Source of the DNA: Hamiltosporidium tvaerminnensis FI-OER-3-3
Lineage: Eukaryota > Fungi > Microsporidia
Direction: 5' to 3'
Length of the DNA: 64,000 bases
Assembly (NCBI GenBank): GCA_022605425.2
Contig: CM061250.1
Span: 1,112,230 to 1,176,229, forward strand
Under the pieces are notes generated by a model. The model ran no database searches. It was not told the origin of the DNA and saw only the letters and a program-made list of their open reading frames with translations. Numbering within the stretch: position 1 is the stretch's first letter; every line of letters starts with the position of its first letter. A program made the position numbers and the translations under genes. Shown here piece after piece: positions 1-15,339 of the stretch.

Positions 1-1689
1 CGATTTCCAACTTACTTTAGAATTACCACTCTTATTTAACTACATCTAAGATATAGCCCAGCGAATTACATGGGTTCTACCGAGACTAACATTTTCATAC
101 GGTAGGTATAACCTGCATCTTAGGTTCCTCAACTTTAAAAATTTTGAATTGTGTTTTTCCAAGTGCTAAGTCCTAAATTCGAGCGAATAAAAGTGAAGAT
201 TTCCTTGCGAAAAACTAAAAACTAAGTTGCAGTTATAAATCTAGTTACATTAAAAAAAATATAAGTAGATTTGAAAAAGTTTTGCATTTCGAAATCCTTT
301 ACATCTTAAAACAACCAACTATCAAATAACATAATATTTTATGCCGATCTATCTCAACCTTAAAACCAAAAAATTTTTGTACAACTAAATTTTAAATATT
401 TATTTTCAAGCAAAAGTATTTATTTTGGTTATTTCCCTAACCATTTTTTGCAAAATACTTTTTGAATTTCGCAAGCATCGCATTGTTATAATATTTATTC
501 AAATTTTTTTTATCTGGACATATGTCAACCTATCATCATATGTTTGTGTCATAATCGTATTGTTTACAGTGAATTTTCATTTTTTTTGTATACTTAGTTT
601 ACCTTTACAAAATCATCTACTTAATTCAAATTTCCATACATTATTGCTGAACGTAGAGTTTGAAGTATTTAATTAATATGACTGTATTATACACTTAAAA
701 AACAATCTATTAACCTTTAATGATAAAAAAGTCTTAGATATTTAAATTCATACCAGAAATTAAAAACAAAAATTAATATTATGCCGAGTATTTTATATAG
801 TTTCTAAATGTTCTAAACCGAATATAAAAATATAAAAGCTTTTAATAACTTAAAATTAATTTAAATATTCTGAACTAAAATATTTTCTCGATCTTTGAAT
901 ATCTATTTGTCTACTTAAGAAATAAAGTTTTCTTTCCATATGTTTCTGTTAAACTTAAAACATATAACTTTTTAATGTATAATTCTGTTAGAGGAATAAC
1001 ATAGTACATTTCATATGAAAAATTATTACATAAAATACAGATCCAAATAAGACCATAATCTCTTACATACAGCAAAATATAAAAGATGTATTTCTAGAGA
1101 ATATTTTACAACATAATCACACTAAGTATTTTGTCATTCTATTTAATAATGGTTTTTCGCTATAAAAGAAAATTTACGTCTAAGATATAAATTAAAAAAA
1201 TTAAGAAAAAAATTTTCTTCTATTTTAAAGACCTCTTACAATACAAATGGATTTTTAGAAGTTAATTATTTAGTGAATTTTTAAATTTGCCAATGTTAAA
1301 AAAACAATGGGATTTATCATTTATGGAAAGCAGATGTATTGAAATTACATTTCTGTAATTTTCTTTATTGTAGAAACAATAAGAAAAGATAAATGTTATA
1401 AGCTTTAGAATTATATTTAAAATATTAGGATTTTTATTGCTATTGCATTACGTCTGCATAAAACTAATTTTTTTTTTAAAGATCGCTATATTTTTTTTTG
1501 AAAATTTTACTCTCTATGATTTGAATCTTAACGGATCTTCCTTTAAAGAAAAATTAAATTAAAAGTGAGGTGGAGAAGTACAAAAAAGAAAGATGTAAGA
1601 ATGAAAAAATTAAAATATAAGCAAGAATATATTACAAGGAAGAAATTATGTTGAAACTATCGTAGTATCAACATAGATTATAAGGTATA

Positions 1690-2050
1690 GGTGTTCAGAT
1701 ATGATTTAAACACATGTAGATAATTGGCATTGGGCGCCTAATGATTTTAAACAATGATTGAAGGCTCGATCTGAAAACACAATAACATGAGGTGTATTCT
1801 GTAAGGCATCACAATAGTTACTTGCACCAATGATTTTTAGCTATCTCAGAAACTATATTATTAATGTATTTGGTTTATAAAATAGTGCAAAGTTTGTTAT
1901 ATTACCAACAAAGAAAATTTTTACACACAAGAGGACAGAGAGAAGGCTTCAACAGTAATTTAAAGCATTCTTATAGAATATCACCTGATAGATCTGTTTT
2001 ATGATACTTGTATAAGATGGTTGATATTTGGTGCGAAAGATTCAATTGTG
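1690..2050 (+). mobile_element. Tc1/mariner-type transposase remnant
   Basis: Plus-strand NWHWAP (1722-1739, ~NxRxWA), T*GVF (~VWGxF), LLAPMIF (~GPxFF) and SPDRS (1981-1995, ~SPDLxP), in order. Confidence 0.4.
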
Positions 2051-3049
2051 AAGTATAAATCAATCTGAAAATTCCAAATTATCTAAATTGGCTTTAAAAT
2101 ACTTGATTATAAATTTTCGAGTAAGAACAAAAAAGATCAATGGTCATATGGCTCACAAGTTAATAAAATGCTTTAAAAAAAATTTGTTTTTACTAAAGTA
2201 ATTCTAAGTGATTCCTTTAAAAACGGAAACATAGAAAAACTGTCTTTGCATGACATTAAAAATTTTATTTTTAATTTTTAATAACAAATTAAGACTTTGA
2301 AGTAACATGTGTATAATAAGTAAAAAACATTCATAAAAAATAAGAAAATCCGAAGAAAAAACTTAGTTTAATTGGTTGTAGAATAATCGCATAAAGATCT
2401 TCTTCTCATTAAATTTAGTTTTACTACGCCTTTAGCACTTAATATTTATTTGCTCATAAATTTTTTAGCAAGATACGTGTTAAGGAAATTTTGACATCTC
2501 ATTTTATTTTCAAAAGTTTTATAAAAAGTAGTTCTTTTCTTTAAGCATTGGTAACTTTGCAGAACATATCATTTTTTGTAAAACTTATTTTTGACAATTT
2601 ATTCATCTGTAAAAAAATTAGAGCAAAAAAACCAATATTTTTAAATTCTTTTGTAGATTTCAATTTTTCTTTTATATGATAAAGTTTTATTGTAAATTTT
2701 TTATGAATTATTTAGGTATAATGTTTTACTATTCGCTTTATCCATTGTGACTGTAGTAGGAAATCTAAAGAGAATAGCTAAGTACTTAAAATTATCCAGT
2801 AAAAGAATAGTGTCTAAGGTTCATAATTTTATAATTTATTATTAATAAAATAATTTTCATTTAAATTTAAAAATTATAAGTCGTTAGTTTGATAATAAAC
2901 TATCCTATTCTTTAATAAATGAGACTTTTTATAAAAAATTTCAAATTTGATATATCTAGGATTTTTTTCATTATTTTAGCAAGATATGGAACAATTTAAA
3001 TTATGTTGTATCCTTATAAGAACTGGAAATTTATCATTTGCGTGATTTA

Positions 3050-4673
3050 TAGCTATATATAGATATATTTGATGTAAACAAATCCAACAAAAACTTTGAG
3101 CCAAAACTAATAATACTTGAAAATTTTAAAATAAATCTACATAAAACCTTTTACACAAACTTTTATAACAGAAATCTACACAGCCTTAAGTTAATTAAAC
3201 GATTCTCATTTATAAATTACTATTCACAGTGTCTACCCTTCAACATTTTACCGACATTTGAAGTTTCTAAATAATTAAAAAAATCTATCGTGACCTATGA
3301 AAATCTTAATAGAAGTAGAAAATTTATAAACTTAGACTAAAAATACCTATAAAAGAACGTGAGATATAAAAGAACTTGTGTAATATGCATCACAATGTTT
3401 CATTTGAAAACCGATATTTAAGATATATGCAAAGGTATGCTTTGTTATACAATATAATGAATTTACTTGTATGCATCTTAATATATCTTCCTAGATAATA
3501 CAATACGAAAGTAGCTATCTTTCAGTTTCACAAGCATTGGATGATTTCCAATATGATGAATGTCCTATTGTCTACAGATACACAGTATATAGATAATGCG
3601 CAATACATAATAAAAGCATTTAAATCCTTCATTTGCTTTTTAAAGATAAATTCGACGTATATGAATATAATTTTAAAAAATAAAGTTCGTTTTTAAAAGC
3701 TAAGGTAATAAATTTTACTTTAATTGTATACCTGAGCTCTCGTTGAAAGGTAAAATTTAATTTTTTCTAAAACCATTCAATAAAAACCAGAAAACTATTG
3801 GAACTAAAAATATTTTAGAAAAAATTAGATTTATGGTTTCTTCGTATTAAGCTTTGATATTTGAAATGTATAGATGGAATCTTATGCAAGTTATAGTTTT
3901 TTTATATTACTTCTGGTTTGCATAGCCTTATGGCTCAAATAATTATGTTTTTTTATTGGAGCGAATATACTTTTAAAAATATAATACTACATATGCTTTA
4001 ATTTATTTCTTTTCTTTATTTTTCAAATAAATATTCAAAGGAATGAATAAAATAGTCAAGGATTGTGTATTCTTACCTTAGAAATCTTGATTCTATTTTA
4101 TAGTGAGTTTTACGTGTATTAATTATAGTATTACTAATATACAACTTTAAACCTACTTTTAAGTAATAAATTTTTATAAGACATTGAATTATGATACGTT
4201 GGAAAATTACCGTAATAGTTTTTTACTTTATTAAAATTTAAAAAATCTAAAAATAAATGAAAAATATTCTCAAAAAGTAATGAAAACATTTATTTCCACA
4301 GAAAATTCTAAAAAACTTATTTAAATAAAAAATGATTTCAAATATGCAATTGCTAATACTTATACTAGTTAAACAATAGGTTTTTTAAAATTCTTGCAAA
4401 TATATATTTAAAATTGATAAAGTAAATTTTTAAAACCGAAGAATGTGTCACAAATTATTTTAATATACACAATTGTTTTTAAAAGAAGAACTTCAATAAA
4501 AAAATTTTCTTCTTTATTTCTTGCAAATTACTTTAAATTTTCATAAGTTTACGATGATGCTGAATTATGATGTTTAAAAAATATCTAGAATAGACATCAA
4601 AAAGAAAAAAAGATAAAATTTACTAAGATTAGATTTGAAACAGCTTAAAACAAATATAATGTATCTCGACCAT
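3050..4673 (-). pseudogene. Family D copy 1, unknown product
   Basis: Colinear with 34500-36106 (ATGATTTCCAA, TAAGGTAAT, GATGCT.AATTATGATG). The minus strand reads YCVSV..SYWKS here vs YCIAV..SCWKS in copy 2. Aligned ATGs at 4673 and 36106. Confidence 0.52.
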
Positions 4674-7600
4674 TATTTTTTTAGATCAGTTTTTTTTTAT
4701 GCTGAGTAAATAAAATTCTGAATTTACAAATATACAAATTCAAATTTGATTTTTATTTTGTTTTTTAGAAAAATACAATTTTAAAAAATATTTTAATTAA
4801 TTAGAACATCGATTTTCAATGAGAGATTGATAAATAAAAGTATGCTTTATATAAAACGGTGAAGTTTTTGATTGCTTTTAAAACTAGTTTTGCCTTGGAT
4901 TTAAATTATAAAAAAATAAAATTTAATTCTTTGCTACGATGTATTTTAAATTCCTATTTTATTAGAAAAAAATATCTTGTACGGATTAGTATAAAAATAC
5001 TAACAAATTTAAATTACAATTAGATAATTCGAATGTTAAAATGACTAATTAGTAATTAATTAAAGTTATATTTAGTAACTGTTAAAAATTTATATATTTT
5101 ATAAAAGAAAAGAAAATATTTAAACATTTCTTAATTATACATTTTGATTTTTTTTTTATAAGAAAAATCTGAAACGTTAAAAATTTTAGGACAAAAAGAA
5201 ATTTTCATTTCAAATTGTTTACAATAAATTAGTAGATATAAAAAAAGATCAAAAATGATACTTATATATCTAGAAATGAATATATAATAGAAAAAATAGA
5301 GTATTGACCAATTTATTTATGATATCTTGATAAGGTATAATAATATTTTATTCTCATCTAAGGTGCATTTTTTGCTTATTAGAAAACATTTAGAGTTAAA
5401 TTTATTTATTAGCTCTAGATTTTGTAAAGAACTTAAAAATTATATAAAAAAAGTAAAAATCTGCAATGATACCTAAATAAGTAAAGACAATATCGAAAAC
5501 TCTGCAAATAAATTAAACTTATTTCAAATTGCTATATAAAGATATACACTAAGAATATTAATATAGAGAGATACTCGGAATTTAGTAAATCTCTTTTTTG
5601 ATCAATTTGTTTATTGAACAAATTTAAAGCAAAAACTCTAATAAAAATCAATTTTATAAACATAATTAATATTCTTCAGTATATATAATAACTCATTTCG
5701 TACTAAAATATTAAATATAAAAATATTTTTTTTTGTAAATTGGTTTAATTAAATATTTACATTTTTCCCAGTTGCTTCTATAATGTATTAACTAAGTAAG
5801 TAGCGATTTTAAAGGTAAATTATAGTAGAAAAAAAATTTAAAATATTTGAATTCGGTTTAATATATTTTCAGGACATGAAAATTTAAATTTCAAAACATT
5901 TTTCCACATAATTAAAATTTAAATTATATATGATAGTTACAAAATAAATTATGATACAGCAAATAAATATAGAATTTATCCTTAAAAAAAAGTTAGCAAC
6001 GACTAAATGGATAATCTTAAAACAAAAAAGATATATATCTGATAATAAAAAATTAATATCACTTTATGTACAATTAGGTGTAATCTTCTTAGAATAACTT
6101 TGATGTTTGATTCGACTTCGCATTATGTCTCTAAATTTTGAACAAATATTGATACGTTTCGAAAAAAAATCCCCAACAAATACTTCATAAATTTATTTTA
6201 TCCAATATCTCTTGATATATATCATCTTTCCTTATTATATCATAATTTTACGGTCATTAGTGTATTAAGATGGCTTACATAAATTTAGATATCTGTAAAG
6301 AACTTAAAATTGGGCTTAGATAAAAAACAAGTAATGAAAGAAAGTATAAAATTTAAACTCGACCCTAATTCATTTATAAAAAACGCTATACAGACCAAAA
6401 TATGTAAAAAAAGAAGAAAATAACATTAAAATAATCTAAAATATTATATTCTTTATGAATGATTTAATCTAAAAGAAATAAAAAATACTTAAATCGAATT
6501 TCACTGATAAATCTAATAATCCTTAGAACATTTTTTTTAGTTAAAGATCAATTTATAAATGAAAAGCTAATCGTAATAATTACGTAGTTCTCTTTTCATT
6601 CTAAAACAACTCTATATATTTTACATCACTCTTTACTCTGTACTGCTAAAAATCTTTTATAAAATCAAAAGAATTAAAAACTCATATTCCTTACTAAATC
6701 CTGACCCAATTTTAAATATATATTATAGCATTTACCAAAGAAAAACTAATGAATTAAGATACTAAGTACTCTCAAATTTACCAATCTATTTAAACGGATT
6801 ACAATATTTTATTTAATTTTTTTTTATAAAATATTATAGCCTGCCAATGTAATAAAACGAAATTTTAAAATTTCTTAAATGATATTACTTGTTTCTTGAA
6901 AATATAAATGAAAAATAGAAGGTTCTGTACAACAAATATAAAATGAAGAATATGAATAATATTAGATTAATGGCGTACGTTTTAAATGTGTGAGATAAAC
7001 TGAATATTTTATTATGGAAATTGAGTTTTTTGTTTCAGAAAAGTGGAAATAATACAAGAAAAGGTATTTGAGATTCTAATAAATTTTCTCTTGAATAGAA
7101 ATATATAATGATTACCTTCTTAATGTGATTATAATTGGGAAGTCTCTTAAAAAGATGGTAAAGAAAATTGAAAAGTTATTATATAACTAGTAATTTAGTA
7201 GCGGGCGAAATACCAACAACATTGTAGCTGTAAACCTTAATAATCTTAGATCAGACATTTTAATAAAGAATTTTTGTACCTTAATCATTTTAATTCTAGA
7301 TGATGACTAACCTTAAGTTAAATACAGTTATTTGTAGCATAAGAATATTTAAATTTAGATGTAACGAAGATTTGATACTCGTAAAATTATCATGTTGAGT
7401 ATTTTCAAATAAGTCAGCAAGATAAATAAAAAATTTCAAATTTAGAAACTTCTATGTAATAAGGATACTATCCTAGTAAAGTAGAATTAGTTAAATGTTT
7501 AAAATTTGGCAGTAAAATTGCTTTTATTAAAAACATGCATCAAAATACAGATTGAGCCTTCAAAATAAATTAAAGAATATTTATATACCATTCTATATAA

Positions 7601-9079
7601 TTCTTGTTATACACTCAAGTAAATAATATTTTAAAGTTATATTTTCTCGGTTAACTTAAACTATTAAGCAAACTGAGTACGAAAATTCTTCATATTCAAT
7701 TTCTAAAAAATATTATGATTCTATATTATCGTTCTTATTTTTAACGTATTTCTTTAAGATTGTTCTGTCTGTTGCAGTATTTATAAAACCTTGTAAGGAT
7801 TTGTTCAAAAGAGAGAAATCTAACTGATTTAAAATAATTAACAATTTTTTAGTTTAGATAGTTTTATATTTTGAAATGAGATTTAAGAAAATGAATTTAT
7901 TTAATTAAACCGCTTTAAACTTTATTATAAGAATATAATATATAAATTTTAAACTTAAAGAAAAATTCTATAGTAGAGTCTATTTTAATAGAAAATATTT
8001 GAACCCGTATGGATTTTAACAGCTGTAAATTTTATTTGTTTATAAAGAAACATTTACAAAAAGAATGATCTGAGTTTATTTATTTCAGAATCATAACAAT
8101 ACAATAAAACATCATTTTTTAATATTGCAAACCATATGATTCTTAATGTAGCAATTTTATCCACTAAGATTCCAATATTACTTTTATCAAATTATTTATA
8201 GTCTTACAGATTACGCCAAATATATGATGGTCTTTATAAAATATATTTGTTATATAACAGTAATTCCTATAATTTAATATACTATAAAGGAATCTATTAG
8301 TTTATTTAGATTAAAAATATAGAATTCTGGGCAAATTAAAATGCCATAAAATCAAAAAGCTATATTCTTTGGAGTATATAGTATATAAAAGAAACTAGAA
8401 TAAAAAGTTAGCCAATTTCTCTTTACATGTTTATGGAAGAAAATTTAAGATAACTCTAATAAAATGCTAAACATGGCCTCCTAGCTTTTAAAGCTAATCT
8501 ATTGCGAATATACAATATTAAATTACAAGTCAAAATATTTTGGATAGATCAGAAAGAAATTTAATGAAATATTTCATAGAACAAAAACTCTACAATGCGC
8601 AAGTAAAACATCTTTCGTTGATTAAACATATATTAAAGAATAATATTTCAGTTTTTTCAATCAGTACAAAACACAAAAAATTTGCTATAAACTAAGAAAT
8701 AATTCAAATCAAATTCAATTTATAAATATACTTTATTTAATTCGTAAAATGAGTTCGAACAAGATAGAATTTTTACTTTCAAAAAAAAATTTATAAAAGA
8801 AAGAAGAAGTAAGTGTATAAGTCCAAATACCATTAAGGTACCACAAAAAATAATCAAAAGTGAAAATATAAATATAATCCAATGTTTTCATTTCTACGCA
8901 ATAGATTTTTGCAAAGTAAATCTAAGGAATGTAAAATTTACAAGAGTAAATAATGCTCAGAAATTTAGTAAGAGTTCTTTGCGAAAGTATTTATCAAAAA
9001 ACCTTTAAGTGTTAGGTGTAATATGTTCTAACATATATGTACAACCAGTAAGACATTAATTAGAAAAAAAAACATCACA

Positions 9080-9400
9080 CAAATCACACGTGGCTCTTAA
9101 ACAGATAGGGTCGCAATACTAATATTAGATTCGGATCTAATTCAGATGTATGTATGTTGAAAAATTTCATGTTTAAAACATCATTGATTTGAGCGTAATA
9201 TACTAAATTATAATATAAAGAAATTCGATATATTTTATATTAATTCTTAGATTACAAAGTTTTAATGTTAGAAGGAGTTGAATTGACAGTAGTGCACGAG
9301 GAAAAAAATAAAGCAACACAACCAGAAAATAGTAAAAACTAGGTTAGAGTTGCATATATGCTGGATTGCACGGAAATGCCTTGAAAATCATTTTTTTCTC
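9080..9400 (+). mobile_element. PIF/Harbinger- or ISL2EU-like transposase remnant
   Basis: RFGS (9127-9138, ~HTH RFGxS) followed by MLDCTEMP (9358-9381, ~IDCTE/IDGTE first catalytic Asp). Confidence 0.36.
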
Positions 9401-11569
9401 AGAAGTGATAACTAAATTTTCAACATTATATTTTCATTGTAAATTTACAAAGAGTTATTAAGATAGAAATTCTTCATGCGTTCTTTTTATTTTATAATGA
9501 ATATTTAGATTATAACAAGATTTGTTTCGAATTTAATCAGTATATTGCCATATAATCGCCAAGAAATAATAACTCCTAAATTTATCGGATATTACATTTT
9601 AGATGAAGATAACTTAACAGTTATACTGCTCATGACCTAGTTCGATTTCCCTGATCGTTTCTGTATTACTCTCTGCTCATTCTAGCCGTTTCAATATTAC
9701 ACCAACTAATTTGTAACATTTAGAAATTTTTTAAAAATAATTTTCTAATTTATTTTATTCCAAAAATACTATTATTATAATTCTATTTTAATTTAAACAG
9801 ATGCGAGACATTAAAAATAATGTCTTGATTGTGATTTTTCACCGGAGTTTGCAAGACTAGACAAATTTTTTTTATATTTCTAGAATCAAGAGAGCATTTA
9901 TCATAAAAAAGCCAAATTTGAAATCAAATAATATAAGATACAGAATTAAGGTCATGTCCTTTTACTTCGATAGAATCTAAAATTCTGAGAAAAAAGAGTA
10001 CCAGATTTCTATTATTTTTTCGAATGCTTATTAATAATTTAGTTGGAAAAGGAAAAATTTTTCTTATATAAAAACTTATCCATTTAGAATTAAGTAGTTC
10101 ATTAAAACTTGCAAAAAATGGATTTTTCAACAAAAACAAACCACTTTTTGCTGAAAAGAGATATTATTAACAGTAATGTTAATATGTTTTATTTCCTTTC
10201 AAAAAAAGTGAGCAAGTGATTAAAAGCCTCATTCTAAATTAATTAGGCAATATTTTGAATAAGGTTGATTAACAGAATATAGAAAATTACAAATATAAGA
10301 ATATCTGTTTTTAATAAAAAAAAGTTCAAGCATTTCGTTCATAACCTAAGAAATCTTTCTATAGATCCACTAAAAGTCTTTTTTTTGCGTTTTTACCTGA
10401 TTAATATAAATAAATTATTTTTTAGTAATCATCCTATCGATTTTTCCCAAAGATTTTAAATAAATTAGGGCTTATTAACCTTAAGGTTTTAGACTTTCAT
10501 AATTATAGGTTTGCTACGAGTATATTTTTTTTTGATTTTAAAAGAATATTGAAATTAAAAAAAGAAAAGAAATGTATAACTAATTTTTTTAAATCTAGTT
10601 TTTTAATGTATATACACATCCTTTTTATTTACTTCAAAATTATATCATCATATATTACATTCAGGAATTTATTTTAAACGAACTAAATATTTCTAAAATT
10701 TAAAAAAATAATAGATTCATAAATCTACTGTATAAGCAAATTTCATAATTCTAACGATTTAAGATATTTTAAACCAACCGTATTAAATCTTAGAATTCTT
10801 ATATCTTAACACCTGAAATTCTGTATCTTTCTATATATTATTTCCTTAATATTTCAAAAGCTATAGCAAATATTTTTATAAAAAATATTATTCCCTTGGT
10901 TTGATTCAATATGCTATTTTCAGAAGCAGTAAAAAATGTAAAAGAGTCTGTTTTGATGATTGCTATTGCAAACCTACAAATATGTGTTAACATGACATCT
11001 TAAAATAGAAATACAATAAAGTGTTGTTTCAAACATTTTTATTTTATCATCATAGTAATGTTTCAAATATATTTTTTAATAAAATCTATTTTATTTCTTT
11101 CTAATTATTCTCAAAACATACTTTTAAAAGCAACTTGATTTTCATTCATAAGATATTAATTTGTTTTTGGAATATGGTGATATAGATTTTTAATTGAAAA
11201 AATATATTTTCACATAATTTTTATTAAAGCCGAAATCATTTAAAGCCAAGAAACGATTCTGGGGTTTTATATATGTTTGGAACGAAAATCAACCAATAAC
11301 TGATGCTTTAGGCTAATAAGAGTAAAAATAATTCCAAGACATTTAAAATAACTTTTTTGTCGCAAAATTTTTCGCCTGAATTATTTTTATAATTTAATAG
11401 ATTCTTCTTAAAGCAGGTTTAAAACAATAATATCGTTTTAGTTACGAATAAATACATGGGTTTATTTAAAAATATAAGAGCAAATATTATATGATTGCTG
11501 CAAATATAAAATCTATAAAAACTCTAAATTTTGTAACTAAAAAGTTTCTGAAAGACTATTTTTTGGCAA

Positions 11570-11900
11570 CTTAACAATCTCTGGACACATTTATTTCGAT
11601 GATTGACCCAGAACCATACTTTTAAGCAGATTATAAGAAAATGAATAATATTTGAATCTTCATATTACTGGTACGCCTATATATTTAAATTTTACCGATA
11701 TTTCGTAAATACGACAATTGAAATTAAAATTACTCTGCAGAATCACTAATTTATTTTTATACAAATGTTTTCCCCTCTAAACATATGGCTTGGCATCATC
11801 ATGTATTGATATCTATATTATTAGAAAAGAGACAAAGAAGACCCTTTCTCATTAAATTTTACATTTTTTAGGATTGCATGGTTTTATGAATGTAACTCTT
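11570..11900 (-). mobile_element. Merlin-like transposase N-terminal remnant
   Basis: Minus-strand MRKG (~SxRxGS) upstream of GSGSIIEINVS (11583-11615, ~GGxGxxVEIDES). Confidence 0.4.
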
Positions 11901-14900
11901 AAAAATATTTTGTATTCATAATTTTATTATTTGCTCTACTGAAACAAATTATATAATCAGAATCAATAAATCATAGCTCTTAAAAACAATATAAGTACTA
12001 TTCATGATTATATGTCCAAAATCAATACAATGAATCGATAAGCTGTTATTTTTATACCCTTAAAATATTTTTAAAACGTTTTTGAATTACAAAGAATCTT
12101 ATATGACTGTTACAAGAGCGGAAACCAAAATCTAAATTTCTCATATAGAAAGTATGTCTTCTATTCGAAATTACTTTTTGAAATCAAAAGATTCCAAACA
12201 TATAATTTTTATTCGTTTGCAAATTCAAAAAATAAAATTCTAATATTTGTACTTTTTTATTCTTTGAAATTTTAAATTTTTTTTTAGAACTATTTATTAA
12301 AAATTTATTAATTTAAAGAAATTTTAAACGAACTTAAAATTCACCTTTACGACTGAAATATATTATTTAAATTCTTATAACGTATTTCATACCACAGATT
12401 CATTGAAATAATTTTATAATAAAGTTAAAATTCGTTATTAATTTTAGAACGAACTTGCACATTTTAAAATAATATATACAGATAATAATTCGATTTTTTT
12501 TTTGATTTTGAAATGCTTAAAGTATAGAACTCGTTTCTAAAAGATGATACCTTTTTAAATTTTAGAATTAAAATTCAAAAATATTTAATTTAATATTTAT
12601 TGAAATACCTATTATCAAAGTACATCCCCGAAAAAAGTCTTAAATAGTATAGTCAATATATTAAGCCAGAAATTAATTGTAAAGGATTTCTTAATAGAAT
12701 TAAATTTCGTTTTTATTTTGTATAGAGATTATTCTCTATTTCAAATGGCTTTTTAAAATTTTTTCTATTTATTTTTTACAGAGTTTTACCCTAACGGTTT
12801 CAATATCTAAATATTTGTTAATACAAAGGAATGAATCAAACAATATGACCAGAAAATGGAAAGCAGTAGAATACGTGAATAGCATGTGAATCAAGGATAA
12901 TGCAATAGTATTTAGTTTATTCGTGCGATAAGATGCTTTATCACTTTTAAATACACATAAGAAATTCTTGGTTGATATATTTACAATGGACATAGATTTA
13001 AAATGTAAATTTCAAGTTTTAAATACCTGGAAATAATATAATGGGATAAATAGAATTACCTCATTGACACTTATATTATTTATACAATCCCTTCTGCAAA
13101 TATATCTAATCCTAAAACGAGTTCAAATTGTGTTGAATTAAAACTTTTTGGCTTGTGAAAGGAACTGATCCAAGGAAAAAGGAAGAATATGTAGTTAAGC
13201 TGATTGATGTCTAATGGGTTTTATTTATATATATTATGATCTAATCAATGTTTCAAAATCATTTTTCTTTTGATAATTTCAAAGTGTTTTTGATGAGAAA
13301 TTTCGAGTTTTGCTATTTTGTAACAAAAGAGCAGAGTGAAGCAAATTATTTCCATGATTTTCTAATTTGAATTTTAAAATGAAAAGTAGTAAAAAATACT
13401 TGATGATTGATATGACTGCAACAGAATCAAACTTCAAAAATATCTGTAAAGGTTTGTTCTATAGACTAAAGATTAAAATGGTTGTAAGGTTTTGCATAAC
13501 AACTTATTTTTCAAAATTTCATAAGGAATGTATATTAAAATTCAATTTAGACAAAATTTAAGAAATATATAAAGAATTCATGCAATGTGTTCGTATTGAA
13601 CAAATAATTAAACACTGATCTAAAGAAATTATTTAAAGAGAACTTAGAAAGAACTGTTTAAGCAGTATGAAAATCAAAATACAGATTGATGACTGACAAA
13701 GAATCTTTTTAATTTTGTAAAGATATTTCATACTTTCTTTAAGCTTAATAAAATTGCAATCTATTTAAATAAAAAATAATTCTTCTATTTTATTTTTTTC
13801 ATGGTTTTCTTGTTTGTGCTAGGAATTTATACGTTAAACCTACTTTTCTTTAAGATTAAAATTCGGTATTTTTAAAAGGCTTCTCATTTATATTTCATAG
13901 CTCGATAATTTAGAGGTGTATTTAAAAAAATATTGTCTCCAATTTATAAAAATATACTAAAAGTCCAAGTTTCAATTAATTTCATTCTTACCCCTTTTAT
14001 TTTTTTAGTTCTTATTCGTATTTGTTTTGACTTAGTCTCCACATCAGAAAAAGAAATATAATTTATCTTAAGATTAACGTTTCCCGACTAACCTATTAAT
14101 GTTATAAGACTTAAGGCTGTAGCCATTTGACCTTACAAAATAAAAGTACACCTTATAGCTTGTGAAACTTAAGGTTAGATCGACATTTTTATGAAATAAT
14201 TATGATTTTATACCAACGTGTTCTATCTATTTGTTTTTCTTGCGAATTTGATGAAAATGTGCTAAGTTATAATTGTCTATAAATGATGCGATTTTTAAAC
14301 ATTAAACCCAAAATAATTTTGTCTTATTAATGCTTATATAAAGTAAAGTTAGCAATTACAAAATAAAAATTATATATTAAATATATAAATGCTACAAAGA
14401 AATACAAAAATGCCAAAAAATTAAATTAAAGGTAAATGAAACTTGAAATATTCTATTTAAAACAAGAAAACATTTAATTTGAAACATATTCGATTTAATC
14501 TTTGCACGTACTTTTAAAAACCATTTAATAAAAATTCTAACGATTTTAAAATACGAAGAAAAAAAATGAAAATTTAAGAAAAAAAATTATATACAATGAA
14601 TCTGAAGGTTTTTATTTCACAAGTTAAGCCGTAGTTAAAGATTTTGTACAAATTTGGATTCTTCTTTTAACTATTTTGCAGTTTTCTTATTTTCTGGATA
14701 TACATCATACTAAATAGGTATGAAAGTAAGATATCTTTGAAATAAAAAATAATTGCAATTTGCTTTCTTTTAAAACATTCTTCGAGAATCTTTTAATGAG
14801 GAAATATAAGAGACAGCAACGCCGAGAAAAAACTCATAATATTAGGATATATTTTTCATATGAAGTATTAGAAATTTGTGATAAATTTCATGCTTGAACC

Positions 14901-15339
14901 TTCTTTAAAAACCCTACACATCGTTCTAAATCATAAAAAAATTTGGTTAAAAAGGTTTTTTATTTTATAGTCACATTAAAATGAAATTAAGAGGTTTTGT
15001 AAGAAAATGTTTGATATTGGTAATAAAGATTTTGTAAAGGTACAGTTTCTAGTGTTTAGTAGATTTCGAATTTCTTTTTTGTTCGAAAGAAATAAAATAA
15101 ACAAATTATTGCAATTTTTATGAATTAGGTTAGAAAAAATATTTATTTAAAAAGAAAGCAACTTAAGCCTAGAGCCTACACCTGAGTCATAAATCACAAA
15201 TAAAAAATGTGTTTTTTTACGTTAATAGGGAGCAGGTCAAGATAAATGACAAGAATAACGTATTTGATTTAATTAAAAAAAAGTTATTAGTTTTTAAACT
15301 TTTTCGTCGTAATTTCAGTAAATTATTTCATAATTTTCT

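Noticed and set aside
14040-14280. GC-richer island, possibly another Merlin C-terminus (similar islands at 7130-7400 and 9600-9720)
   Set aside because: The motif traces are too degenerate to support a call.
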